From contig CAYUTF010000002.1 of the NCBI GenBank assembly GCA_964447495.1, forward strand, positions 51,639 through 115,638: DNA of 64,000 nucleotides, read 5' to 3'. Of the stretch, positions 53,125 through 63,987 are shown piece after piece; the first letter of the stretch is position 1, and each line of letters opens with the position of its first letter. This DNA is from an uncultured archaeon (GTDB taxonomy: Archaea; Asgardarchaeota; Lokiarchaeia; Sigyniarchaeales; SOKP01). The position numbers and the translations under genes were made by a program. Under the pieces are notes generated by a model. It saw only the letters and a list, made by a program, of their open reading frames with translations, had not been told where the DNA came from and ran no database searches.

Positions 53125-55398
53125 TTGCTTATCGGACGCTTTAAATTTACGAAAATAAAAGTTAAGGACCTTACCCCAATAATTTTAGTAATGCTATTAC
53201 TTTTTGTATCAATAGCGTGTGCTAATATGCTTATTCCTAGTTATGCTTCAATACAATCCGAATTTCTCATCCCTGAAGCGTTATTAGCAATTCCAGACGC
53301 TTTTTTCGTCTTAGTGAGTGCTTTTTTTGCGTTGATTTGGGGATATTATACCGATCGTATCGATAGAACAAAAATAATAATGGCTGGGGCGTTCTCTTGG
53401 ACAATAGGAATGATGTTAACCGCTTTTTCAATCAATTATGAGATGTTAGTAATTTCAAGAATGCTGTCAGGAGCAGGGCTTGGTTGTGTTTTACCTGTAG
53501 GGTATTCGATTATTTCTGATTCCATACCTCCTGATGAACGATCCGGATGGTTTGGTACTCTTGCTATTTTAAGTTCTATATCAAATGGGATCGGTCAAGC
53601 ATTATCTTCATTTTTAGGACCTATTTTAACGTGGAGATTCCCCTTCTTTCTTCTTTCAGCGATAAGTATGGTAATTGTGTTTATACTATTTTTTGTAAAA
53701 ATCCCGCAACGAGGAGCAAAAGAAGATGAGTTGATCGAATTATCTGAAATGCATTTAGAATACCAATATACTATTTCAAAAGAGGACTTATCGAGGATAA
53801 TAAAGAAGAAAACGAATCGCTATTTAATTGTACAGAATTTCTTTTCAATAATTCCAGGGACGATTACGATATTTTTTCTCACTTCAATGTTAAATATTTA
53901 TTATTTTTATGAATTACCATTAGAAATACGGTTACAAACAGCCACTATTTTCGCAGGTCTCTTAGGGATAGGTTATATTTTAGGTAATTCCATTCTATCA
54001 TATCTAGGGGATATTTTATATAGAAAAAACAAAAAAAATCGGACGAGGTTAGCGACAGTTTGCTTAATATTCTCAATCCCATTTTTCGTAATTACTTTGC
54101 TTGTTATAACACCCATACAACTAGCTGACTTAGATATTACTTATCCAACACCAATCCCATTGGCAGATATAGCAAGATTTATGTTTTTAACTATTGGTGA
54201 GATTTTTTCTAAGTATCCAAATTATATTTTCTATTTAATTTTTGGATTAATTGGTACAATATTCAGTGCTGGACCAGTTGCAAATAGAAATGCGGTAATG
54301 ATTGATATAAATTTACCCGAACATAGGGGCACTTCTGTTTCATTTTTAAATCTTTCAGAACAAGTGGGCAAAGGATTGACTCTTCTTATATCCTATCTTT
54401 TAATTTCTCTCTTAGGTAGTATCTTTCATATGATGCTTTTTTCTACATTGTTTTGGATTCCCGCCATTTTTATGTGGATCCTTGCTACACGTTCTGTTGG
54501 AAATGATCTTACTTCAAAATCTATGATTTTATCAGAAAGAAAACAGATCAGTTTGTTAGATTATATTTTTGAATTGGAAATTCAAATGGACAGAGCTATT
54601 CAAAAGATTCAAGATGCGAGATATTATATTTTATCTAAGCCAGGAAAATTTAATGTACTATTAGACGATGCAATTAAAATATTTAATTATTGCGAGAAAG
54701 AGGGAAAAAATAGGAGTATAACTAATATTGGGGAGAAATGTCGAAAATTAAATATGAGAGCCAAATCAATTAAACAGATGGCTAATCAAATATTTAAATT
54801 ATTGAAAAGTGATGACCTATCAGCTAAAGAAAGAGATATATTAAGTGAGGACTTAAGACAAATTGATTTACTGATCGCTGAAGGCAAAAAGAGTACTTTT
54901 GGGGAACTTCAGATTTACTATGAGGATGCTTATTTAAAAATTATTGAAGCACGACTATTAAGAAAAAATGATTTGTTGAAAAGTATCGCTAAAATCATTC
55001 AAGCAATAAAAATATATGAGAGAGTTAAGAATCTTTTAAATGAGCGATTAGAAATCATAGATGATAATTCTGATTTAAGTAAAGAAGATTTAGTTGCATA
55101 TGATAAAGAAAAGGATTTATATAATAAAACATCAGAATCTTTAAAAGCAACTATCAAACTAAAAGAAGAATTCGAAGGGATTTTTAAACAACTTGAAGAA
55201 AAAGGGATTAATAGATTAGATTTAATGAAAATTTCTGAGTTAACAAATGAGTATGATGTTAATCTTTCCAATGTAATATTAGAAACGTTTGGACAAGAAA
55301 AGGAAACAAAAAATGCGATTTTAAAAATAATCAAGGAAATTGATGTAATTTTTAATGAATATGATAATTGGAAAGAAGTAGAATTAAACGTTTTTTGA
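53125..55398 (+). CDS. MFS transporter fused to a ~290-aa helical C-terminal domain
   Basis: WGYYTDRIDR motif A, 12 TMs, then a charged helical tail. Confidence 0.85.
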   Translation: MLIGRFKFTKIKVKDLTPIILVMLLLFVSIACANMLIPSYASIQSEFLIPEALLAIPDAFFVLVSAFFALIWGYYTDRIDRTKIIMAGAFSWTIGMMLTAFSINYEMLVISRMLSGAGLGCVLPVGYSIISDSIPPDERSGWFGTLAILSSISNGIGQALSSFLGPILTWRFPFFLLSAISMVIVFILFFVKIPQRGAKEDELIELSEMHLEYQYTISKEDLSRIIKKKTNRYLIVQNFFSIIPGTITIFFLTSMLNIYYFYELPLEIRLQTATIFAGLLGIGYILGNSILSYLGDILYRKNKKNRTRLATVCLIFSIPFFVITLLVITPIQLADLDITYPTPIPLADIARFMFLTIGEIFSKYPNYIFYLIFGLIGTIFSAGPVANRNAVMIDINLPEHRGTSVSFLNLSEQVGKGLTLLISYLLISLLGSIFHMMLFSTLFWIPAIFMWILATRSVGNDLTSKSMILSERKQISLLDYIFELEIQMDRAIQKIQDARYYILSKPGKFNVLLDDAIKIFNYCEKEGKNRSITNIGEKCRKLNMRAKSIKQMANQIFKLLKSDDLSAKERDILSEDLRQIDLLIAEGKKSTFGELQIYYEDAYLKIIEARLLRKNDLLKSIAKIIQAIKIYERVKNLLNERLEIIDDNSDLSKEDLVAYDKEKDLYNKTSESLKATIKLKEEFEGIFKQLEEKGINRLDLMKISELTNEYDVNLSNVILETFGQEKETKNAILKIIKEIDVIFNEYDNWKEVELNVF

Positions 55399-55405
55399 AA
55401 TTTTA

Positions 55406-55702
55406 TTAATTATTCATTAATTCTCTTAACATAATCTCTTTAAAATTGTGCTTTTCATCATGAGATAACTCTTGAATATCTTTTCCTTTATTATTATAAT
55501 GATCTGCACCACCATCATTGCCAAATAAATTAACTAATAATATTAAACAGTTTCTAAACTCTAAGCTATTAGCATTTCCATTGAGATTAGACATTATCTT
55601 TATTAATAGATTGCTTAACCACAATTTATTTAAATCGGACTGGAGTATTCCCTCTTTTTCTTTCTTATCGTAGAATTCTAAAATTCGGGCTACACAATCC
55701 AT
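55406..55702 (-). CDS. Hypothetical protein
   Basis: 98-aa ORF. Confidence 0.55.
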   Translation of the reverse strand: MDCVARILEFYDKKEKEGILQSDLNKLWLSNLLIKIMSNLNGNANSLEFRNCLILLVNLFGNDGGADHYNNKGKDIQELSHDEKHNFKEIMLRELMNN

Positions 55703-56044
55703 TATTTTATAACCTAAAGTTCTATTAAAAATCCAATAGTGAGAAAAACTACCAGATTTGATGATGATATATATATTCTTCTGTAATACATGTAAAAGTT
55801 CGAGTATAAAAATTTTTTTGATTGAATTTCCCGATAGTTCAATGAAATTGAAGTATATAATTATTATTCTTCCAAAAAATCTGATATAAGAGAAGATATC
55901 TGTTCTTCAATTTTTCTTGTTCCCCAATATAAAATATTCGTAAAAATTGAATTTCGGTTTTTCAGCATGCTGTAAAAGAATATGACTGATTATAAATTTA
56001 AATTTGAATAAATTTTAGAGAAAAAGAATGTTCTAAGAATTAAA

Positions 56045-56599
56045 TTATAGTTCAACTTCAATGCTTTGTACAAAACTATCAATAGATTGCTCTAAATCAA
56101 TTAAATCCGCAACATCTTTTATATCTGAACTAGCAAGCTTGCTTAAAAACTCTTTTAAAAGTTTCTCTTTATGTTTATCATGTGGGAAGATTAGCGAGCT
56201 CTTATAATGTTCCCAATCTAAAATATTGGTAAAGACTAAAAATAAAATTTCTATATGACTGTAATCAACTAAACTGTGCAATTTATCTTTTGTAATGAGA
56301 GTTTGGGTTTGATCCTTATAAAATCCAGATAAATCATTGTAATAATTAGTGATTCTTGCGATATTATCTAGTTGCGTCCGTAATGCAGCTTGATTAATAG
56401 GGCTTTCCTCATCTTTATACATTATTTCAAAATATTGATTAATGAAATCCTTGAGCTTTTGGAGCTTCTGTTGGAACACGCGCGTCTTCACAATTCGCTC
56501 GAACATTGGCGACTCCTTGTCCTTGTAAAATCTAAGTTCGAATTTAACGATTGCGAGAATGTCCAAGAAGAGCTCGCGTATATTTATTTCCTCGACCAT
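56045..56599 (-). CDS. Hypothetical helical protein (possible immunity protein)
   Basis: GGTGA SD; 5' part visibly GC-richer than its flanks. Confidence 0.6.
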   Translation of the reverse strand: MVEEINIRELFLDILAIVKFELRFYKDKESPMFERIVKTRVFQQKLQKLKDFINQYFEIMYKDEESPINQAALRTQLDNIARITNYYNDLSGFYKDQTQTLITKDKLHSLVDYSHIEILFLVFTNILDWEHYKSSLIFPHDKHKEKLLKEFLSKLASSDIKDVADLIDLEQSIDSFVQSIEVEL

Positions 56600-56754
56600 T
56601 ATCTCACCGTTTCGGTTAATCTCTTTAAAGTTTAGAATAATTCAACCCACAATTTAGGGGTTCACAAAAAAAAATGCAATTGTATTTACAATTTAAAAAG
56701 AATTTTCCAATATTTATATTTTTATGTTTCAAATCAAAATAATTAGTCTGTTAA

Positions 56755-57219
56755 TTACATATCGTCAATTTTTCCGGAATTTTCTTTTACTTCATAAGGA
56801 GCTAATAATACTGTAATTTTTTCATATCGTATTACTAAGGGAAGAATTTTATCGGGCAATCCTATTTCAGCGTTTTTAACCAGTTTTAATGCCACCTTAA
56901 GATATCTGAGAGAATATCCAAACCGAATCTCTTTTCCAACTAAGATGAAATCAGTATAAACCCATTTGTCATTTTTATCCCATTGATCCCTATGAATAGG
57001 AATAAAGGCACCTCTCGTTAGTTCAGCGTTTTTAATAAATTTATTTACGCTAGTGAATTCATAGATAGCAGAATCACCAGATTCAGATTTAAATTTTTTA
57101 TACATATTACTTTTGCCAGGAACAATTCTCATATTTCCTACTGAATCTAATAATGTTCCATCGTGATAATTAAACTCTGCCCAATGAGCTTTTCTTTTAA
57201 CCCAGTTTTTAGAAATCAT
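56755..57219 (-). CDS. Hypothetical protein
   Basis: 154-aa ORF. Confidence 0.55.
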   Translation of the reverse strand: MISKNWVKRKAHWAEFNYHDGTLLDSVGNMRIVPGKSNMYKKFKSESGDSAIYEFTSVNKFIKNAELTRGAFIPIHRDQWDKNDKWVYTDFILVGKEIRFGYSLRYLKVALKLVKNAEIGLPDKILPLVIRYEKITVLLAPYEVKENSGKIDDM

Positions 57220-57270
57220 GAAGCATCTATAATATTTACGTTATTTAATTATTATTTACCCAGGAGTAGA

Positions 57271-57657
57271 CTAAGGAAATTCCTCGGGAGTGCCTCGTTC
57301 AATGTTTCCTTTTCTCAGTTTTTCATAACATTCCGAACAGTACCATACTTTCCGCACGGGATTGTAGGTCATATCTTTATCGGACTTGAAGCATACGGGG
57401 CATTCCAGAATGGAATCTCGTAGCGGTTGTTCGATTGCCCAGTATTCATCATTAAGCTCTTTCATCTGTCGCTGAATGTTTTCATTGCCATAGAAATCTT
57501 TATTTTTTCTTAATGAGCTCTTATTTTCGTGGATCTTAGCCTGCTCTGCTCTGCAAGCAATTTTAATGAGCTGCCTAAGATTAGTCCTGATTTGTCTCAA
57601 CTGCGGATCTTTGATAATAATAGTCCGCTTCTTTTTAAGAGTCATCATTTTATTCAA
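57271..57657 (-). CDS. Zinc-finger protein, tandem copy B
   Basis: CPVCFKSDKDMTYNPVRKVWYCSEC. Confidence 0.7.
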   Translation of the reverse strand: MNKMMTLKKKRTIIIKDPQLRQIRTNLRQLIKIACRAEQAKIHENKSSLRKNKDFYGNENIQRQMKELNDEYWAIEQPLRDSILECPVCFKSDKDMTYNPVRKVWYCSECYEKLRKGNIERGTPEEFP

Positions 57658-57751
57658 TCTTGTATTATTTAATTTTTTAGTATAAAAGAAATATGGATAT
57701 TTAAAACCTTTTATTCAAGAGTTGCTTTTTAAGAAAGAGATAAGAAAAAGG

Positions 57752-58177
57752 CTAAGGAGATTCTTCGGGTGTGCCTCGTTCGATGTTTCCCTTTCTCAGC
57801 TTCTCATAACAGTCCGTGCAGTACCATACTTTCCGCACGGGATTGTAGGTCATATCTTTATCGGACTTGAAGCATACGGGGCATTCTAAAATGGAATCTC
57901 GTAGCGGTTGTTCGATTGTCCAAATTTGCTCGTTGAGTTCTTTTGCTTGCCTTCGGATATCAAGATCATCATAATAATTAACATTTTCTCTCAACTCCGA
58001 ATCTTTATCATGAATCCTATCCTGCTCTACTCTGCAAGCTATCTTTATGAGCCTTCTAAAGTTATTTCTAATTTTTCTCAACTGCGGATCTTTTATTAAT
58101 ATTGTTTTTTTATTTTTAAAAGCCATCATTTCCTTCAATTTTTTATTTTTTAGGGTTATGAAATGTATGGAAATCAC
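57752..58177 (-). CDS. Zinc-finger protein, tandem copy A
   Basis: CPVCFKSDKDMTYNPVRKVWYCTDC; 3' half nearly identical to copy B at DNA level. Confidence 0.7.
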   Translation of the reverse strand: MISIHFITLKNKKLKEMMAFKNKKTILIKDPQLRKIRNNFRRLIKIACRVEQDRIHDKDSELRENVNYYDDLDIRRQAKELNEQIWTIEQPLRDSILECPVCFKSDKDMTYNPVRKVWYCTDCYEKLRKGNIERGTPEESP

Positions 58178-58281
58178 ATTATTTAAATCTTTACGCCGTA
58201 GAAGTTTTCCGAATTTTGCCTATCTTCACTCATTTCGAATCTTGACCTTATTATGAATATAATGTAGAATTTATGAAAAAC

Positions 58282-58923
58282 CTAAATCTTTATACGTTGT
58301 TGAATACTTTTACTTAAAGCAAAAGTGTATCGCCCTTGATAAATGATGTTGAGGAAATCAGCATTACTTTGAGTGGCGAGAAGATTTTTAGTTAAAGTAA
58401 TCTTGCTAACTTCTTTAAAATATGCAGAATACGCAGTATCATAATTCTGGGATAAAAAGTATTCATATTTACCATTGAAAGCATCTTCCCTTCTATCATT
58501 AAACTCATCTAAAGTTGCAGTAAAATCTGATTGGTGATCGCCATTCATCCACCGATCTAATATTGCCTCCCCTTCCGTCTCGCCGAAGTTTCTACGCAAT
58601 ACATCTCGTATACGCGTCTCATCGATTTTCATGAAGTTTCCGTTCTGGCCTTTCATTTCGATCAATTCCACCAAGCTGCTCATGAGTTGTTTCACGTAAA
58701 CTTCCGCATCGAGTCCATTTGCCTTCAGGAACTTTTCATATTCACTGAGATGGATATCATCGCTGGTCAGCACGAAGTCGTCAACATGAGAAGTCATCTT
58801 GCGGAATATAAGCGCAAGGAAGTGGTGGCGCTTATACCCTCCCGCTTTTTCACCGCCTTTAAAGATTTCCTTACTTAACGGAGTGAACGTCCACGGGTCA
58901 AAGCCTAATATAAATCTTAAATA
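58282..58923 (-). pseudogene. 5'-truncated fragment with an HNH-like motif (possible orphan toxin C-terminus)
   Basis: Frame open from 58923 without an ATG until 58797: ...GYKRHHFLALIFRKMTSHVDDFVLTSDDIH...; GC-richer than its flanks. Confidence 0.45.
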
Positions 58924-59928
58924 TTAAAATTGTAATGGAAAGGAACGACTTGGATCAATTTTAGATTTTGGTTCCGATGGAATTCTAATACCGCCTTTAG
59001 TTATCATCTTTCTATACGTAATTGCTTTGATATGAATTTTTAAGATTCTAATTGGGCAACGTAAAATAAAACCTAAATTGTTAACAGGTTCCTTTCTTAA
59101 TTTTAAAAAGTTAGTATAAAAAGATCTTGCTTTTTCTTTACGTTTATCGCTTTCAAAAGATATAAATCGCTCTACTATATTATCTAATTGCTTAGCATCA
59201 CGGAAACAGTAGTAGTTAGAGGATCGTAATGACCATTTAATAGCTTCTAACTGAAATTTAATAGACTTTAATTGTCTAAAAGGGCAAAGTAATAAAGCAA
59301 AAAATGAAATAAATAGATTCATCACAGTACTCTTAAACATTTCAAAAACAGATACTTTGATATTTTTTTTTATTGTTGCTGTCAGATCGACACCATATAA
59401 TATAGTACTATTTGATATAACATTACTAAGAACTATATTGCGAGGTGCAAATATTGCTGAAAACACTTTATTTACTTGAAAAATTTTATGAAAGGTAGCA
59501 TTCCTCCAAAACTTTTCTTTCGTTAAAAAATGACTTATAAACATTCCTGTGGCATGCTGTATGACTGTTATTAAATTTCTCATGAAATTCTTGTTTGCAT
59601 CTTTAAATTTATGTTTTATTTCAAGAGCAATAAAATATTTTTCAATTTCGCGTATATGTCTTGAAGATACTCTGTTTTTAAAAATGAAAAGAAGATCGCA
59701 ATCTGAAATTATAGTATTTTCTTTTTTATTCTGAGATTGTTGACTTCCAAAAAGTACAATTGAAAGAATTTTATTTATTCCAATCTCTTTATTTACAAGA
59801 GTGACAACATCTTTGATGTAATTCCTTGATCTCTCATCAATACCGTTAATTTTATGAGAAATTTTCTCATTTACATCAAGTGAATTGGTTTTTTCATCAA
59901 GAGATTTGGTTTTCTGCAATATAATCAA
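58924..59928 (-). CDS. Pol-beta-family nucleotidyltransferase domain protein
   Basis: SIVLFGS...SDCDLL. Confidence 0.75.
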   Translation of the reverse strand: MIILQKTKSLDEKTNSLDVNEKISHKINGIDERSRNYIKDVVTLVNKEIGINKILSIVLFGSQQSQNKKENTIISDCDLLFIFKNRVSSRHIREIEKYFIALEIKHKFKDANKNFMRNLITVIQHATGMFISHFLTKEKFWRNATFHKIFQVNKVFSAIFAPRNIVLSNVISNSTILYGVDLTATIKKNIKVSVFEMFKSTVMNLFISFFALLLCPFRQLKSIKFQLEAIKWSLRSSNYYCFRDAKQLDNIVERFISFESDKRKEKARSFYTNFLKLRKEPVNNLGFILRCPIRILKIHIKAITYRKMITKGGIRIPSEPKSKIDPSRSFPLQF

Positions 59929-59991
59929 TAATAGTTTTTGCTATATTTTAAAAATTATTTAAAAAAAAACAATAATATTGAATTTTTAGAA

Positions 59992-62004
59992 TTATACGTT
60001 ATTCCCGATTTTATATCCTCTGCTCACAGCTTCCATTACTGTTTCTGGTTTTCTAGCATCCCCAATCTTTTCAATCTTTATATTACCTAATTGCTTTATT
60101 TGTGTGGATAACTCATCGTCAGGGATGACCCCTGTTGCGTAATATACATAATCTACATTATTGATTATCTGATCTCTATCATTTGCATCCTTATAATTAA
60201 CGTAATCGTTCCCGATTTCTGTAACATCAACACTTGTAATTAAATCTACGCCTAAAGCTACGCATTTATCTAATAGAACCCATTTAGTTGTTTTTCCTAG
60301 TGCAGACCCTAATTTAGGTAACTTTTCTAAAACAGTTACTTTATTTCTTCCAGCTTGTAGCATCTCCAAAGCCACTTCTGGTTCTAAAGCATGATAGAAG
60401 GTTAAAAAATCAAATGCTTCAAGAGTTATCGCCCCATATTTAGAAATATAAATTGCTAATTCGATGCCAGTAGCTCCACCACCAATAATCACATTATTTT
60501 TTCCAACTGGAGCATCGCCACTAAAAACATCATTTGCCCAGAAAACATTCTTATTTTTTATTCCTTTAAGCGGGGGAATTACTGGTTTAGAACCTGCTGC
60601 ATAAAATACGATATCCGGGTTAAAATCTTTAACTGAATCAATAGTAACATTAGTTTGTAGATGAGTATGAATTCCATATTTTTGAATCCAATAAGTGTAA
60701 TTTTCAATCACTCGTTTAAATTCGTTTCTTCCAGGGGGAATCCAAATGATATTTAGGAGACCTCCAATTTTATCATCCCGTTCGAAAATATGTACCTCGT
60801 GACCTCGAATGGCCGCAATTCTCGCCGCTTCTAATCCTCCAGGACCAGATCCTATGACCATAATTTTCTTTTTTTCCTTAAGAGGTTTTAATTCTGTTTT
60901 TGCTTCATTTCCGGCTCTAGCATTCCTTAAACAAGTAATTGGCATCATTCTAAATACATTGTCAAAACATCCTTGATTACATCCGATACAATTCATAATA
61001 TCTCTGATTTCTCCACTTCTCGCTTTCATAGGTAAATATGGATCCGCAATTAATGCACGTCCCATACAAATCGCATCTGCTTTTCCTGCCATTAATATTT
61101 GCTCAGCTAACTCAGGATTATTAATCCTATTAGAAGAGAAAATTGGAATATGAACATGATTTTTAATATTCTCAGCTAGATAAGTATAACATCCTTCTGG
61201 TACATCCATTGTTAATTGAGGTGTTTTAGTTTCATGCCAACCGCCGGTGATATTAAAATAGTCAAGATTTTTGCATAGTTGTTCTGCTATAATCGCTTTT
61301 TCCTTATAAGTGTTACTTCCAGGAACAAAATCATCACCAGAAATTCTATAACCGATTATAAAATCATCCACATTAGATCGCATCAATTCAATAGTTTCAA
61401 GTGGAAATCTTAATCGATTTTCAAGGACCCCACCATAATGATCCGTTCTTTTATTTGTTTTCGGAGAGAGAAATTGATCAAGTAAATATCCAGCATTCGC
61501 ACAAATCTCTACAGCATCAAATCCTGCTTTTTTAGCTCGAACTGTAGCATCAGAGAAAGCTTTTTGCTCTCGTTTAATGTCTTCCATAGTCATTTCACGA
61601 GGAGTAGTTTTACTAAATTTACTATAAACTGCAGATGGTGCGATTGGTTGCCTGCCAATTATGTCAGGAAATGCATATGCTCCACCATGATATAGTTGGC
61701 AGCATATTTTTACATCATCCCGAGCATTATGAACCTCTTTTGTAAATTCTGTAAGTTTAGGCAAGTACTTATCATCATCTACGGCGATCATGGAAGGCAA
61801 TCCTTTTCCATAAATATCCACATAACATCCACCAACAATTAATAATCCAGCTCCTCCCTTTGCTCTTTCAACATAAAAATCTATTAATTTATCTTCAATA
61901 AAGCCATTCTTAGCTAAATTTAAATGCATTGCAGGCATTACTATCCGATTGGAAAGTTCTAAATTCCTTATTTTTAACGGATTAAAGAGTTTAAAGAATT
62001 TCAT
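59992..62004 (-). CDS. NADH:flavin oxidoreductase, 2,4-dienoyl-CoA reductase (FadH-like)
   Basis: NRIVMPAM, FLSPKTNKRTDHYGG, CIGCNQGC, GSGPGGLEAA. Confidence 0.9.
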   Translation of the reverse strand: MKFFKLFNPLKIRNLELSNRIVMPAMHLNLAKNGFIEDKLIDFYVERAKGGAGLLIVGGCYVDIYGKGLPSMIAVDDDKYLPKLTEFTKEVHNARDDVKICCQLYHGGAYAFPDIIGRQPIAPSAVYSKFSKTTPREMTMEDIKREQKAFSDATVRAKKAGFDAVEICANAGYLLDQFLSPKTNKRTDHYGGVLENRLRFPLETIELMRSNVDDFIIGYRISGDDFVPGSNTYKEKAIIAEQLCKNLDYFNITGGWHETKTPQLTMDVPEGCYTYLAENIKNHVHIPIFSSNRINNPELAEQILMAGKADAICMGRALIADPYLPMKARSGEIRDIMNCIGCNQGCFDNVFRMMPITCLRNARAGNEAKTELKPLKEKKKIMVIGSGPGGLEAARIAAIRGHEVHIFERDDKIGGLLNIIWIPPGRNEFKRVIENYTYWIQKYGIHTHLQTNVTIDSVKDFNPDIVFYAAGSKPVIPPLKGIKNKNVFWANDVFSGDAPVGKNNVIIGGGATGIELAIYISKYGAITLEAFDFLTFYHALEPEVALEMLQAGRNKVTVLEKLPKLGSALGKTTKWVLLDKCVALGVDLITSVDVTEIGNDYVNYKDANDRDQIINNVDYVYYATGVIPDDELSTQIKQLGNIKIEKIGDARKPETVMEAVSRGYKIGNNV

Positions 62005-62119
62005 TATATAAATTTCCTAATTTGGTAATTATTCAAAATTTAATTAGGTAGTAAAATTGATTGCAATTTAAAACATTATCTTTTCAAAAATAAAACTAGT
62101 CAAATAATAGAGTTTTAAT

Positions 62120-62920
62120 TTATCGAAAATATGAATCAGGACCACGATCTTGCTGTAGATTTTTCATGAAATGATCTGTCTGCTTCTTATAAGAATTTAT
62201 AACGGTTTCCATTTCTTCGATTTGCTTGTCAAGCTCATCAAAATTCATTTCAATACTAAAGTAATCTTTTAATATGGTAACTAAAGCCTTCGAAGCTCTT
62301 GGATCCAATGTCATCATAGGTAAAGGTAATGTTTCGGCTAATAAACAAATTCCTGTAGCATATCCCTTCTGTCCTGCCCAAGCAGGTAATATTCCATTTG
62401 CTCCTGCAATAACTCCATTTTCCATTAATTTTGTATTTTCAAACTTTAGAAATGAATTTACAATATCCTCGTCTGTTCCACAGATATGGACATTTGGGGT
62501 AGATTCTATACTTTCTGAAATCATTGCACCAGTACTTACATACATCTTAATTTTTCCGTTAGTTATTCTATCCATCTCTTCACAAAACTTTTGGGAAAAC
62601 TCGAAAACTCCTTTAGAAGTTTGCGGTTGATAATTTGCTGTTAAAATGAAGAAATCATTAGGATTTCTTTCGCTCTTTTTTTTATAATACACATTTGCAG
62701 TGGGTATTTTTAATTCGCCCTTTTCGACGTTTGATTTTGGAGGAAAATCAAAATATTCAATAGTCATATACTCTTCTGCTTTTAAAGAATCTTTAATTGA
62801 AGTTGTTGCTATTTTTGCAACTAAAGCAATACCAGGCCATCCAATTAATACAATGGGATCGTTTAAGTCTCCTGATCTTAACTCAAAATTATAGTTTATC
62901 TTAAAATGCATAAAACTCAC
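62120..62920 (-). CDS. PAC2-family proteasome assembly chaperone
   Basis: IGWPGIALVAK, GANG, CLLAET, DPRAS. Confidence 0.85.
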   Translation of the reverse strand: MSFMHFKINYNFELRSGDLNDPIVLIGWPGIALVAKIATTSIKDSLKAEEYMTIEYFDFPPKSNVEKGELKIPTANVYYKKKSERNPNDFFILTANYQPQTSKGVFEFSQKFCEEMDRITNGKIKMYVSTGAMISESIESTPNVHICGTDEDIVNSFLKFENTKLMENGVIAGANGILPAWAGQKGYATGICLLAETLPLPMMTLDPRASKALVTILKDYFSIEMNFDELDKQIEEMETVINSYKKQTDHFMKNLQQDRGPDSYFR

Positions 62921-62931
62921 TTACAATTAAT

Positions 62932-63987
62932 TCATGATTCAAATTCTAATGACTCTCCGCAATTCGCGCAAAATCTTAATTTAGCAGGCATATGAAAACC
63001 GCAAAATGGGCAATAAAAGCCTTGATCTTCTCGTAAGAGGTCTCCTTGTGATATCTCAGAATCTATTGTTGGAATAGTTGACTTTTGAGTATATCCTTGG
63101 TGCATAGAATAATAGCCTTTTTGGTATGTATATCCTAATTGACGTTTTGCCTTTAGTGTGGTATAGAGAGGAGTCAATAGACAGATAAAGAGAGGAGAAA
63201 AAATTATACCTATTAATTGATAATAAATCAAATCATCTAATATTATCATAGAATAATTTCGAGTACTTGGATTATACCACGATATATATGTCGCCGAATC
63301 AAAGTTCCAGGCTAAGCCGATAAGACTTTGATATAATAAATTGATTATGCTAACCAAAAAGGCTGCTAATAGAAAAATCCCTATTATTTTCAAGAAAGCA
63401 CCTCGAGACAGATTTCGCGCTTCTTTTAATGGTTTTTCAATAGATTTATCGCGATAAGTAAAAAATATGAAAATATAATAACCCAAAATTATGACACTTG
63501 GGATAAAAAGAAGTAGCGTTCCTAAAGGTACAAATACACTGAATAACAAGAGAATAATCAATATATTCTTATTAAAGCTCCCCTTAAATCCTTCTGTCAA
63601 GTTGCTGGTGTAATTTGTATAATATCTATAAAGATAAGTACCCGCAATACTCATTGCCAAAGCAGTAAAAATCGTTCCAATAATACTTGTGATTATATTT
63701 ATTACATACGTTAGAACCAAATATTGGAGCAATAAAATTAAATGTTCTTCAGTAATAGCTGTAGGATCCATTGCATAGATTGCTTCTACTGCTGGAGTTA
63801 ATTGAATATATTGCCAATTCAATTCTACAACGATTATATTACTGATTACAATAGAAATAATCGAAAATAGAGCGAAGGGAAGAATTAACCTTAACCAATT
63901 TTTCGCAAAAAGTCTAAGTCCATCCAATAGAACTTCAGAGAACCTTTTATTTGCAAATCTTATTAAGTCTTGATTATCTTCCGACAT
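62932..63987 (-). CDS. Membrane protein with C-terminal zinc ribbon
   Basis: 5-6 TMs; CPFCG..FCANCG. Confidence 0.7.
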   Translation of the reverse strand: MSEDNQDLIRFANKRFSEVLLDGLRLFAKNWLRLILPFALFSIISIVISNIIVVELNWQYIQLTPAVEAIYAMDPTAITEEHLILLLQYLVLTYVINIITSIIGTIFTALAMSIAGTYLYRYYTNYTSNLTEGFKGSFNKNILIILLLFSVFVPLGTLLLFIPSVIILGYYIFIFFTYRDKSIEKPLKEARNLSRGAFLKIIGIFLLAAFLVSIINLLYQSLIGLAWNFDSATYISWYNPSTRNYSMIILDDLIYYQLIGIIFSPLFICLLTPLYTTLKAKRQLGYTYQKGYYSMHQGYTQKSTIPTIDSEISQGDLLREDQGFYCPFCGFHMPAKLRFCANCGESLEFES

